IMG/VR virus record: IMGVR_UViG_3300032253_000009
Coordinates: 1 to 41,812 of that record
Strand: one strand, 5' to 3'
Source: a virus
Taxonomy: Duplodnaviria > Caudoviricetes
Length of the DNA stretch: 41,812 bases
Shown: positions 1-9,441 of the stretch, piece by piece
Layout: each line of letters begins with the position of its first letter
How positions within the stretch are numbered: the stretch's first letter is position 1
Program-made: the position numbers and the translations under genes
Notes under the pieces: model-generated
Databases searched by the model: none
The model's input: the letters and a program-made list of their open reading frames with translations, nothing else
Told to the model about the DNA's origin: nothing

Positions 1-127
1 TAAAAACTATGCATTAATGGACGGTGTAACAATTGAAAATCGTTATAACGCTGATCCAATTTATGTTCAGAAGTTATTTAATGGTGGTGTTCAGTTCGTT
101 AAAACTAAGTTAATGTTAGATTGGGAA
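1..127. repeat. Terminal direct overlap, identical to 41686..41812 (circular assembly)
   Basis: First 127 nt equal the last 127 nt and the capsid ORF reads in frame across the junction; 127 is a common assembler k-mer, so probably not a biological terminal repeat. Confidence 0.95.
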
Positions 128-715
128 AATCGCGTAGCGACTCAATCAACTAACACTGCTAACGTAGGTTCATCTACTGCGATTGGTTCAGCTTGGACAG
201 ATTACACTAACTCCGATCCATTAGGTGATTGCCAAACTGCTATTGATAATATATCAGATGCACAAGGTATCAAACCTAATCAAGTTACAATGTCTGAAGA
301 AGCATGGCGCAATTTCCGCCGCAATACTTCAGTACGTAATTTAATTTTCGGTGTTGATAATGGCGGTGGTTATCCTAATGCAGCTCAAGTAGCAAATTTA
401 CTTGAAGTTGATAAAGTATTAGTTGGCGGTGCTTATAAAAACACCGGTGCAGAAGGTTTAGCAGAATCACTATCTCAAATTTGGGGTGATCATGTTTTAT
501 TCTCTTATACAGCAGCAGCACCTTCAATTGTTGTACCTTCTTTCATGTATTCGTTCCGTTGGGAAACTGGCGGCATACCTAACATGCAAGTAGAACGACA
601 TGCATTTGATACTAAACGAAAAGTTGAAGATTTTGAATTGGGTTACTACCAAGACGAAAAAATTGCTTATCAAGGCGTGTCATTCTTATTAACTAACGTA
701 ACTAGCTCTACATAA
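1..715 (+). CDS. Major capsid protein, 3' part
   Basis: WTDYTNSDPLGD...GIKPNQVTMSEEAW resembles lambda-E/Mu-T-like capsid proteins; ends LTNVTSST. Confidence 0.88.
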   Translation, partial: KNYALMDGVTIENRYNADPIYVQKLFNGGVQFVKTKLMLDWENRVATQSTNTANVGSSTAIGSAWTDYTNSDPLGDCQTAIDNISDAQGIKPNQVTMSEEAWRNFRRNTSVRNLIFGVDNGGGYPNAAQVANLLEVDKVLVGGAYKNTGAEGLAESLSQIWGDHVLFSYTAAAPSIVVPSFMYSFRWETGGIPNMQVERHAFDTKRKVEDFELGYYQDEKIAYQGVSFLLTNVTSST

Positions 716-733
716 TCTTAAAGGAGATTTAAA

Positions 734-862
734 ATGGCACTAGCACCACACGCAGAAGATAAGAAAGCGCAAGAAATGAAGAAGGCAGGCAAGTTTAATG
801 TCGGCATTCCTAAATCCGCTTCTATCAAACGTGCTGAAAAAGCACTAGAAAATAAGAAGTAA
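734..862 (+). CDS. 42-aa basic hypothetical protein
   Basis: Strong AAGGAG SD; MALAPHAEDKKAQEMKKAGKFNVGIPKSASIKRAEKALENKK; below ORF-track cutoff. Confidence 0.7.
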   Translation: MALAPHAEDKKAQEMKKAGKFNVGIPKSASIKRAEKALENKK

Positions 863-869
863 AGTAATG

Positions 870-905
870 GGTGACTATATCAATAGTGGTGTAGTCACCT
901 TTTTT
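870..905 (+). terminator. Rho-independent terminator after capsid genes
   Basis: GGTGACTATATCA-atag-TGGTGTAGTCACC stem (with G-U pairs) followed by T6. Confidence 0.8.
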
Positions 906-934
906 AAAATGCCACTGGCTAACGGAGATATAAA

Positions 935-3900
935 ATGTATATAGTAATGCACTGCGGCGGTATGAGTTTTAATGGCGATACAATTAAAACTGAATCATTA
1001 GGTGGTAGTGAGTCTGCCGCTTATTATATGGCGAAAGAATTAGTATCTAAAGGACATCATGTAAGATTATTTACCAGTTCAAAAGAAGATGGTAAATTTG
1101 ATGGTGTTCAATATAATTATACTGGTGAAGCTTCAGAACAATACCCATTAGGCGAGTTATTCCATCACTATGCAGAAAATGTACCGAGTGACGTTGTTAT
1201 TATTCAACGACATCCACAAGCATTTTTAAGAAAGTATAATAGTAAAATTAATTTATGGTGGGTACATGATTTAGCACTTTATAGAAGTAAAGAAAGTGTA
1301 TCTGCACAATTTATGAATATAGATGGTGTATTAACTGTTTCAGAATATCATAAAGAACAAGTATGTGAAGTGTACGGTATTAATCCTGATATTGTTTATC
1401 CAATTACTAACGGCATTGACTTAAGCTTGTTTGAAGGTGATATGAGCCTTAAGGATTCCAAGATTCATGATGCTGCAATAGAACGTGGAATAAAATCTCA
1501 CTTAGGAGATGAAGTTAAACTCCTTTATTCATCACGTCCAGAACGCGGTTTAGAAAACTTAGTTAAAGAAGACGGTATTATGGAACGTCTTTTACATATT
1601 GATACAAAGTATCATTTATACGTGTGCATGTATGCTAATTTTCCACAACATATGGAAGCATACTATAATTACTTATTTAGTCGTATAGAAATGCTACCTA
1701 ATTGCACAGCTTTAGGTTCACTCACTAAACAAGAATTAGCAGATGTTATGCGTCAATGTGATGCAATGGTATATCCTACAAACTTTGAAGAAGTATCATG
1801 TATAACCGCTATGGAATGCATGGCAGCAGGCTTACCTTTTATTAGTTCTAATCATGCTGCATTGCCTGAAACGTGTGAAGGTTCAGGTTCAATATTAATT
1901 CCATTGCTAGAAGATGGTGAACCTGATTTAGATAATTTTGTCAGCAATATACTGAATAGATTTTCATTTAGCAGAACAGATTATGATGAAAATGGTTGGT
2001 ATGGAGATTTAGAATATAAGCAATTAGCGTCTGCTAAAAAGTATTCATGGTCAATAAGTTGTGACGGATTATTAAATCATGTAAGAAGTATTTTTAATAA
2101 GTGTCAAACTAATAAAGGATCTATTGCAGAACACTTTATGGCGCACAGTGATTTATATGCATTAAATCATTACTTTGATAATTATATTACTGAAGAAGAT
2201 ATTAAAGGTAGTACGATACTACAAGCTAAGTTAAATGAAATAAAAACTTGTTATAGCTTTATGGCTGAAGCTTCTTGGGATAAACATTACCAAGATTATT
2301 ATGATTACGAAAAATCAAAAGGTGTACAATATGGATACAATGGGCATGATAAAGAAAACGGTCGTGAAGATGTTTCAGGCAATCCTCGCTTTGAGTCTGT
2401 ATCTAATTTTGTTAGTACCCTTGATGATAACGCGACTGTTCTCGATTATGGGTGCGCTCACGGTCACTATACAATTAATTTGGCGAAGCGATTCCCTAAC
2501 CTCAACTTTATCGGCATTGACATTGCCGCTTCTAACGTTGAAACAGCCAAAATTTGGGCAAGTGAAGAAGGACTTGCAAACGTCAATTTCTACAATGCGA
2601 GAGTCAACCCAAAAACAGAATATATTGAAGAAGAAGGTACAGGAACAGCAATCAAACTCAATACATTAAATAGAGTTGATTTAATTATTGCAGCAGAAGT
2701 AATAGAGCACTTAGAAGATTATACAGGCACAGTAGATTCATTATGTACTTATTTAAAAGACTCTGGAAAATTTGTTGCTACTACTCCATACGGTACATGG
2801 GAAGCTTCAGGCTATAAAAAAGAATGGCCTTGGCGAGCGCATGTACATCATTTTGAACGTCAAGATTTAGCTGAAGCGTTTGGGCACCACCCATCATACA
2901 ACGTTAAAGTTGCGCCTTGTGGCAATGATTTAGGTTCCTATATCTGGTCGTTTGATAAACCTATTAATGATAGTCGTAATATTAATTATGATAGAAAGAT
3001 TATAGAAACTAAACCTGCTAGACAGACTGTTAGCTTGTGTATGATTGTTCACGATGCTGAAAATACAATTCGTAAATGTTTAGAAAAAGCTTTACCTAAT
3101 GTTGATGAAGTTATTATAGGATATGATAAAACATCTAATGAAGATACGCGCAAAGCTATTAATGGTTATATTAATAAGTATTGGCCTGAAAAACCTCTAA
3201 CTATATTTTATATTGATTCACCATTAAAAACAGGTTTTTCAGAAGCGCGTAACATAGTAATAGAAAAAGCTTCTTGTGATTGGGTTATGTGGTTAGATTC
3301 AGATGAAGAAATAACTGTAAAACAAAACTTTAAATTAAATTTAAGAAACAATCAATTTAATGGTTATGCTATACCTCAACACCATTTTGCAGTTGAACCA
3401 TTAGGCGTAATGCGTACTGACTACCCTTGCAAGATGTTTAGAAGCAGTATAGGAATTGAATTTAATGGCTTTGTTCACGAACATCCAGAATCAGAAATTA
3501 ATAAAGGTATTGAATACACAGCCGTTATAGGCAGTGCTGAAGTTATTCATCCTGCATATGAAAATGAAGAAGTTAGAATGCAGCGCTTTAATCGTAATAT
3601 TAATCTACTCGTTAAAGATCGCGAAGAAAATCCTAATAGAATCTTAGGGCGTTATTTATGGATACGTGATTTAGCACAAATGAATCAGCAGCAATATCTA
3701 TCTAATGGTAATCAAATTAGTAATGATATGCTAATACGTTGTAATGAAGGCATCCAAGAATTCGTTAATATGTTAGATGATAAAGATACGCCTTTAAGAT
3801 TGTTAGTAGATACAATACCTTTTTATAGTACGTTAGTAGAACTAACAGGTAATGGTTTTCAATTCTATGTAAAGACTGATTCAAGTAAAATGAATGGTGG

Positions 3901-4021
3901 TGTTCATCCAGAACATGCGGCTGATATAGTCGGACACTTCCTTAATAAAGCGCACGTTGAAAAACTAATGAAATTAATCGTTGATGAAAGGACAAAAAAT
4001 TATGAAAGCAGATACTTCTAA
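935..4021 (+). CDS. Tri-domain glycosyltransferase: GT4 (GT-B) + class I SAM methyltransferase + GT2 (GT-A)
   Basis: SLGGSE, WVHD, NGID, YSSRPERGL, EVSCITAMECMAAG (EX7E); VLDYGCAHG, GIDI, AEVIEHL; SLCMIVHDAE, FSEARN, WLDSDE, VHEH. Confidence 0.9.
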   Translation: MYIVMHCGGMSFNGDTIKTESLGGSESAAYYMAKELVSKGHHVRLFTSSKEDGKFDGVQYNYTGEASEQYPLGELFHHYAENVPSDVVIIQRHPQAFLRKYNSKINLWWVHDLALYRSKESVSAQFMNIDGVLTVSEYHKEQVCEVYGINPDIVYPITNGIDLSLFEGDMSLKDSKIHDAAIERGIKSHLGDEVKLLYSSRPERGLENLVKEDGIMERLLHIDTKYHLYVCMYANFPQHMEAYYNYLFSRIEMLPNCTALGSLTKQELADVMRQCDAMVYPTNFEEVSCITAMECMAAGLPFISSNHAALPETCEGSGSILIPLLEDGEPDLDNFVSNILNRFSFSRTDYDENGWYGDLEYKQLASAKKYSWSISCDGLLNHVRSIFNKCQTNKGSIAEHFMAHSDLYALNHYFDNYITEEDIKGSTILQAKLNEIKTCYSFMAEASWDKHYQDYYDYEKSKGVQYGYNGHDKENGREDVSGNPRFESVSNFVSTLDDNATVLDYGCAHGHYTINLAKRFPNLNFIGIDIAASNVETAKIWASEEGLANVNFYNARVNPKTEYIEEEGTGTAIKLNTLNRVDLIIAAEVIEHLEDYTGTVDSLCTYLKDSGKFVATTPYGTWEASGYKKEWPWRAHVHHFERQDLAEAFGHHPSYNVKVAPCGNDLGSYIWSFDKPINDSRNINYDRKIIETKPARQTVSLCMIVHDAENTIRKCLEKALPNVDEVIIGYDKTSNEDTRKAINGYINKYWPEKPLTIFYIDSPLKTGFSEARNIVIEKASCDWVMWLDSDEEITVKQNFKLNLRNNQFNGYAIPQHHFAVEPLGVMRTDYPCKMFRSSIGIEFNGFVHEHPESEINKGIEYTAVIGSAEVIHPAYENEEVRMQRFNRNINLLVKDREENPNRILGRYLWIRDLAQMNQQQYLSNGNQISNDMLIRCNEGIQEFVNMLDDKDTPLRLLVDTIPFYSTLVELTGNGFQFYVKTDSSKMNGGVHPEHAADIVGHFLNKAHVEKLMKLIVDERTKNYESRYF

Positions 4022-4523
4022 AGCTCGTAGTATTGTTAATGGGTTTTTCAACAAGAAAAACGAATCTATTAATATACAAGGAAATTGGAACTTTGAAATA
4101 ACACGCGCTAATGGTGATATTGAAAGTTTCGATGTTAAAAATACTCTAACCAGTGCAGGTTTAAACGAACTTGCGCGGTTAGGTGTTTCTAATGGTGTTG
4201 GTAGTGCGTTCTTATACCTTGCTATTGGCACACAAACGACAGCAGGTTCATTAGGTTCTGTATTAGGTGGTTTAGGTGAAGTATCGCGTAAGCTAGCCGC
4301 TACAGCAGCAAGTTCAGCAGAATATATGGTGCTTGTCATGACTTGGGCAGGTGCAGCAGATTCTTTAACGTCAGTAGATTTAAGAACAGCTTCTGCTATT
4401 AACCATGCTAGTTCAGGTTCAGGTATTCCTTTGAATTTTGTAAACTCAGTAGCAACCATTTTAGCGGCATCTGATTTCTTAAAGGTTCAAATGGATGTAC
4501 GTGTAGGTTCACACGCTCTATAA
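4002..4523 (+). CDS. Putative virion structural protein
   Basis: NTLTSAGLNELA...YLAIGT pattern typical of fibre/collar-associated virion proteins; probable ATG at 4002 (track start 3981). Confidence 0.55.
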   Translation: MKADTSKARSIVNGFFNKKNESINIQGNWNFEITRANGDIESFDVKNTLTSAGLNELARLGVSNGVGSAFLYLAIGTQTTAGSLGSVLGGLGEVSRKLAATAASSAEYMVLVMTWAGAADSLTSVDLRTASAINHASSGSGIPLNFVNSVATILAASDFLKVQMDVRVGSHAL

Positions 4524-4552
4524 TATGTTCAATGAAAAGGAGACTTTGATTT

Positions 4553-5116
4553 ATGAAAAGTTTTTTAAACCTAAAACAACGCGCAATAAAAGCCAGCATT
4601 TTTATTTTCGCGCTAATGTTTGCAGGGGTAATCCAGTCGGCACCAATAAGCTTGGAAGTGGGGAAGTACAGGATTGGGATTATATCGAGTCCATTCTCAG
4701 GCGCGGCATTATGGCGGAACGCTCAAAACGAATGGGAATGCCGCTTTGCAAATTCAAGCGAAATGCTTTCAATTCTCGCAGCCGTAGACACCAAAAACGA
4801 CTCGGAAGCTATCGCGTATGCCGAAAACTTAAAGCAAACAAGAAATTTAACGCCAGAAGAAGTTACATATTGCAAAGAGTTAATTGCGATTAGTGAAGCG
4901 CCAAAAGTATGGGCGGTGGCTAAAAACTTAGATAGGCCAGATAGACCAGTTTACCACTACTCAATAACTAACGGACTCTTTGCGAAAGGCAGACCGGCAA
5001 AACATAGAGAGCCGATTGGGAAAACTTGCGGTAAGTATCTAGCAGCTAGCACACGCGACAGAACGTGGCGCAAAATGTATTTTAACAGTCAACCTTATGC
5101 GGTGGTATGTGAATAA
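4553..5116 (+). CDS. Hypothetical exported protein
   Basis: Signal-peptide-like N-terminus (KASIFIFALMFAGVIQSA), four Cys, AAGGAG SD. Confidence 0.55.
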   Translation: MKSFLNLKQRAIKASIFIFALMFAGVIQSAPISLEVGKYRIGIISSPFSGAALWRNAQNEWECRFANSSEMLSILAAVDTKNDSEAIAYAENLKQTRNLTPEEVTYCKELIAISEAPKVWAVAKNLDRPDRPVYHYSITNGLFAKGRPAKHREPIGKTCGKYLAASTRDRTWRKMYFNSQPYAVVCE

Positions 5117-5562
5117 TGGGATTTGATAGAACAAACACGGCTAATTTATTAGCTCTAAAAACAGAGGAAGCTACTGACCCGATTGCTATGGGGTATGCTG
5201 CTGTTAGAGGCCAGACTAAAGGGACGTTGAACTTCTTTAATAGGGGCGGGAAAAACGTAGGTAATGAAACTACTCCAAGAAAATTAACAACGCGTAGGTT
5301 TTTAAACACACTTGTAGTTAATGATTTAAATGCTGCTGGTGTTTCTAATGGTGAAAAACGATTCCTTGAAAGTTTTTTAAACCGTGATTTAGATGAAGTA
5401 ATAGAACCTTGGAGAGCAAAGATTATAGCTTCTTTTGCCACAGGTTCAGCAACAGAAGCAGCAATTGCTACAGATGTTAGAAAACAAAGTCGTGCCGAGG
5501 TTCTATTTGGGCTTGGTACTGAGATAACTAGAGAAGACTGGATAACAGCGAGGGATTCATAA
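5116..5562 (+). CDS. Hypothetical protein
   Basis: 148-aa ORF translationally coupled (TAATG) within the operon. Confidence 0.6.
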   Translation: MGFDRTNTANLLALKTEEATDPIAMGYAAVRGQTKGTLNFFNRGGKNVGNETTPRKLTTRRFLNTLVVNDLNAAGVSNGEKRFLESFLNRDLDEVIEPWRAKIIASFATGSATEAAIATDVRKQSRAEVLFGLGTEITREDWITARDS

Positions 5563-6069
5563 ATGGCTGAAACAAAAATAACATACGGAACACCAACAGA
5601 TTTAGCCATAACATCGGCAGACGGAAACGGTGACGGGGTTTGGTGCTCATCGGCATTATTCAATAACTCTGTATCTTTATTTATGGACGTACTTGTGGGT
5701 GGCTCATTACAAGTGGGCACAATCGCGGCAGGGGGTGGCACAATAGATATTTATGTCGCGGGTTCATGGGATGGTACAGAATTCACAGGCGGCTGCGATG
5801 CAGGGGATGCTGATATAACATGGGGTACAACAGGGAGTACCTATGTTGGCGGTGAATTCGATTTAATTTTATTGAAATCACTTACAGTTGATGCAACTGA
5901 CGATGATAATGATATTGTTTTTGGCGCGTTTAGTATCGCTCAAGCATTCGGTGGCGTTATGCCTCTGGAATTCGCTATTATAGTTGAAAACAATACTGGC
6001 GCGGCGCTTCATGCAACAGGCGCAAACAATCACATTGATACTACTGGCATAACATACACAACCGCATAA
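5563..6069 (+). CDS. Acidic beta-rich putative virion protein
   Basis: Gly/Thr/Asp-rich 168 aa, coupled to the LamG gene. Confidence 0.55.
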   Translation: MAETKITYGTPTDLAITSADGNGDGVWCSSALFNNSVSLFMDVLVGGSLQVGTIAAGGGTIDIYVAGSWDGTEFTGGCDAGDADITWGTTGSTYVGGEFDLILLKSLTVDATDDDNDIVFGAFSIAQAFGGVMPLEFAIIVENNTGAALHATGANNHIDTTGITYTTA

Positions 6070-7643
6070 TGAGCTTTATTAAGCAAAAAATACGCTGGAC
6101 AAAAAAGCCTGATAGTGATGTTAGGATAGATTCATCACATCCATTCGCTGAAAATATTAAATTTGCGATGTGGACTGGTGATGGTGGCAACTTGCAGCAC
6201 TTTGATGCAGCAACGGGTAAGCTATACCCAAGAAGCAGCGCGACATATTCAAGCCGTAAAGTGGATATGCACGGAAGGTTTACTGATTTTGCAGGCACAG
6301 GGACATCAACTTTTGACGCTATCCAGTTAGGTGATCCGCCTGAGTTACAAATAAGTGAAGAAATAACCATATTAGCGGGCGTTATGCCTACAGCATTGCA
6401 GCCTTCCAATTGGGGGCGGATTGTTGCAAAAGATGATATATGGGGTTTAATTGTTCAAGATTACCCAAATGATGGACAGTTATCATTTAGAGTCAACGGA
6501 ACAGGGTTAAATGGTTCAGCACAGCTCGTCAATGATGTTTACTATGATTTAGCTGTAACCTATAAAAGTGGTGATAAAAACATCTATATCGACGGTGTTT
6601 TAGATGCGAACACAACTGGGCAAACTGGATCGATAACCACTGCCGGCGATGTCTCTATAGGTGAACGACCAGCGCAAACGAATAGACACTTTATCGGGGG
6701 CATATATTATGTAGTTGTTGTTGACAAAGCTTTATCTCAAAAAGAAATACAAGAGTTTAGGAGTAACCCCACTAAAATACTAGCGCCACAGGTACGGTAT
6801 ATACCGTTTGAAGTTTCGGCGGCAGGTGGAGTAATAAATAGTATAACTTTATCTGATAATTTAGATGTAACTGATCCAGAACTAAAAGCTTATCGTGAAC
6901 TTTTTGCTTTATTATCTAGTAATATAGAACTTGTCGATGTTGTTATTATATCTCTACAACAAACAGCAGGACAGAATACAAGATTATTAAATGATGAATT
7001 AGTTATAGTTGATAACTTAATTAAATTTGCAACGTTATTTAAATTAGTTAATGAAAATGTAGAGTTATCAGATTCATTAAGTAAGACATTAGAAACATTT
7101 AAGCTATTATCAGAAGGCATAGATTTAAGTGATTCATTAATATCAGAACTTACTGGTTTAATTGTTAGAAACTTAACAGATGATATAGAGATATCAGAAG
7201 AAGTAAACCACTATTCACAATTATTTAAATTATTTAATGATGGTCTGGATATAACAGATTCTTTATTAACTTTAACAGGAACAGTAGTAGTTAGACTATT
7301 ACAAGATGGTTTAGATATAACTGATGCTATATCTATAACTATTATAAGAAATAAATTAGTAAGTTTATTAGATAACGTAACTATATCAGATGATTTAATT
7401 AAATCATTAGAATCATTAAAAGTCTTAAGTGATAATTTAGATGTTAGTGATGCTTTAATTAAATCATTAGTACAAGCATTAAAAGAAAGATTGTTATCAG
7501 ATAATATAAGTGTATCAGATAGCATTTCAATAGCTTTGCAAACTGCATTAATTGCGGCTAGTTTAATTAAATCTGATTTAGAATTGAAAGCTATAATAAC
7601 TTCTATATTAATGAAAGATATTAATACAGATTTGGAGAATTAG
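6069..7643 (+). CDS. LamG/concanavalin-like lectin domain plus C-terminal repetitive stalk (putative adhesin)
   Basis: YYDLAVTY...NIYIDGVL...SIG...FIGGIYYV...KALSQKEI LamG pattern; repeated L-x-D-x-(L/I)-x-(I/V/L)-(S/T)-D units. Confidence 0.75.
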   Translation: MSFIKQKIRWTKKPDSDVRIDSSHPFAENIKFAMWTGDGGNLQHFDAATGKLYPRSSATYSSRKVDMHGRFTDFAGTGTSTFDAIQLGDPPELQISEEITILAGVMPTALQPSNWGRIVAKDDIWGLIVQDYPNDGQLSFRVNGTGLNGSAQLVNDVYYDLAVTYKSGDKNIYIDGVLDANTTGQTGSITTAGDVSIGERPAQTNRHFIGGIYYVVVVDKALSQKEIQEFRSNPTKILAPQVRYIPFEVSAAGGVINSITLSDNLDVTDPELKAYRELFALLSSNIELVDVVIISLQQTAGQNTRLLNDELVIVDNLIKFATLFKLVNENVELSDSLSKTLETFKLLSEGIDLSDSLISELTGLIVRNLTDDIEISEEVNHYSQLFKLFNDGLDITDSLLTLTGTVVVRLLQDGLDITDAISITIIRNKLVSLLDNVTISDDLIKSLESLKVLSDNLDVSDALIKSLVQALKERLLSDNISVSDSISIALQTALIAASLIKSDLELKAIITSILMKDINTDLEN

Positions 7644-7644
7644 A

Positions 7645-7923
7645 ATGGCAAACTATAAAAACGTAATTGCAGGCGATACTATAAAGTTTAAATTTGTTAG
7701 TAGTGGCGATACTTTTAACCCTATCTTTATAGATATTCGAGACGGTTCAGAAACATTAGTTCATTCTGCTACTATGTCCAGTTCAGGTAATGGGCATTAC
7801 TTCTATAACTATACTACAATTAACAGTGATGGGTTTTACTCTGGCAAAATGATTGGGTATATAAACAGCCTAGCCTATGTTCGGCCTGAATGGTATCGTA
7901 TAACACCTATGGAGGTGGATTAA
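7645..7923 (+). CDS. Small Ig-like putative virion protein
   Basis: GDTI...GHYFYNYT...GFY pattern; structural operon context. Confidence 0.45.
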   Translation: MANYKNVIAGDTIKFKFVSSGDTFNPIFIDIRDGSETLVHSATMSSSGNGHYFYNYTTINSDGFYSGKMIGYINSLAYVRPEWYRITPMEVD

Positions 7924-8373
7924 ATGAGTAAATACGCGAATTGGGCAGATGTTACTGCACGTTATACTCAAATATCAGAGTTAGGTGGTGCTAAATCAGT
8001 TGATAGTAGTTATATAATTTATGCAGAAGCTCAAATTGAAGGCGCGTTAAGTGCTTCATATACAGTGCCATTTAGCTCTAATAATTTAACGGTTAAAGAT
8101 TTAGTTATTGACTTAACATATGGCAAAGCAATTGCTTTTAGAGACTTAAAAAAATCTAAAGCTATAATGGATAGTATAGAACATCGAATTAAAATGCTTC
8201 GTTCTGGTACTATGAGCATGGTAACAAATAGCGGTGATGTATTAAGTAGTTCAGGGCAAGGTTCTATATGGTCAAGTACAGAAGATTATTCACCTTCATT
8301 TGATATGAATGATGCAGAAAATCAATGTATTGATTTAGATATGCAGCAAGACCAATATGATGATAGAAAGTAA
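7924..8373 (+). CDS. Head-tail adaptor (Mu gp36-like)
   Basis: YANWADV...AEAQIEGALSASYTVP pattern; position. Confidence 0.7.
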   Translation: MSKYANWADVTARYTQISELGGAKSVDSSYIIYAEAQIEGALSASYTVPFSSNNLTVKDLVIDLTYGKAIAFRDLKKSKAIMDSIEHRIKMLRSGTMSMVTNSGDVLSSSGQGSIWSSTEDYSPSFDMNDAENQCIDLDMQQDQYDDRK

Positions 8374-8825
8374 TGACTAAAAATACATCTATAAAAGTTA
8401 AACCACCTTTAAAAGTTGTACGTAAGAAACTTTTAGACGCGCGTAAAAGAGTTTCTAAATTAGCGTCACCACATAAAGACATTTCTTTAATGCTTGATAG
8501 ATGGGTACAACGTAATTTTAAAGAAGAAGGTAAAAAAGCAGGTGGTTGGAAGCCTTTAGCTTTAGGCGGTCGATATAAAAAAGGTTCTTTCGATTCTTCA
8601 GCTAAAATACTACAAGATACAGGACGATTAAGATTAAGCTTTACGCCTTTTAGTAATAAGAAAACAGCAGGCATAGGTTCAGAGTTAGATTACGCAGAAC
8701 AGCATGAAAAAGGAATAGGCGTACCTGCTAGACGTATGTTACCGATTAGCAAAGAAGTTAGAAAAGATATTTTTAAAATGTATTCTAAATGGCAAGATAA
8801 ACAAATTAAGGCTTTAAGAAAATGA
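8373..8825 (+). CDS. Virion morphogenesis/neck protein (Mu gpG-like)
   Basis: WKPL, ILQDTGRLRLS, GSELDYAEQHEKG, PARRML. Confidence 0.8.
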   Translation: MTKNTSIKVKPPLKVVRKKLLDARKRVSKLASPHKDISLMLDRWVQRNFKEEGKKAGGWKPLALGGRYKKGSFDSSAKILQDTGRLRLSFTPFSNKKTAGIGSELDYAEQHEKGIGVPARRMLPISKEVRKDIFKMYSKWQDKQIKALRK

Positions 8826-9268
8826 TTAATGTAAGTGATATAACTAAAGCTTTGAAAACACAGTTAGAAAATGATTCTAATTTAATTTCTAACGGCATTA
8901 CGAATATACATAGAAGTTCCTATGTAAACTACTCGCCTGATTTATGTCCTTGGATTGGTATTTATAAAGATGTATCGACTACAGAACCGTCTTCATTAGG
9001 TAGACATAGTTCAAGTTGGAATTCTACAATATCATTTAATATTGTTATACAAGCTTCAGACATGGGAAGTGGTTCAGCATGTGAAGACAAGTTAGATAGT
9101 TATATTAAACTTATTAAAGATGCACTATGGGCAGATTCAACTATAAATAATACCGTAGATATGATTAATTCATTTAGTATAGAATATAGTTATGAAATGA
9201 CTGAAGAAGATTCAATACATTTTCAATGGGCTATTTTAAAATTAACAGTGGAGGCACGAACAGGATGA
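8822..9268 (+). CDS. Putative tail terminator
   Basis: Acidic 148 aa between neck and tail-tube genes. Confidence 0.6.
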   Translation: MINVSDITKALKTQLENDSNLISNGITNIHRSSYVNYSPDLCPWIGIYKDVSTTEPSSLGRHSSSWNSTISFNIVIQASDMGSGSACEDKLDSYIKLIKDALWADSTINNTVDMINSFSIEYSYEMTEEDSIHFQWAILKLTVEARTG

Positions 9269-9441
9269 AATTAAAAAGAGTTAAATGGTTAGGTGAAAAT
9301 GGGCGTGTTATTCCTAACTATGGAGTTACAGAAAAAGGCGCAGAAAAAGAACTACCATTAGATATGGCAGATAATTTTATTAAACAAAATTTGGCTGAAG
9401 ATGTAAAAACTAAAGCCGTTAAAGAGAAGGGAGATAAATAA
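9265..9441 (+). CDS. 58-aa hypothetical protein
   Basis: ATGA overlap with upstream gene, GGAGG SD; small pre-tail-tube gene. Confidence 0.6.
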   Translation: MKLKRVKWLGENGRVIPNYGVTEKGAEKELPLDMADNFIKQNLAEDVKTKAVKEKGDK

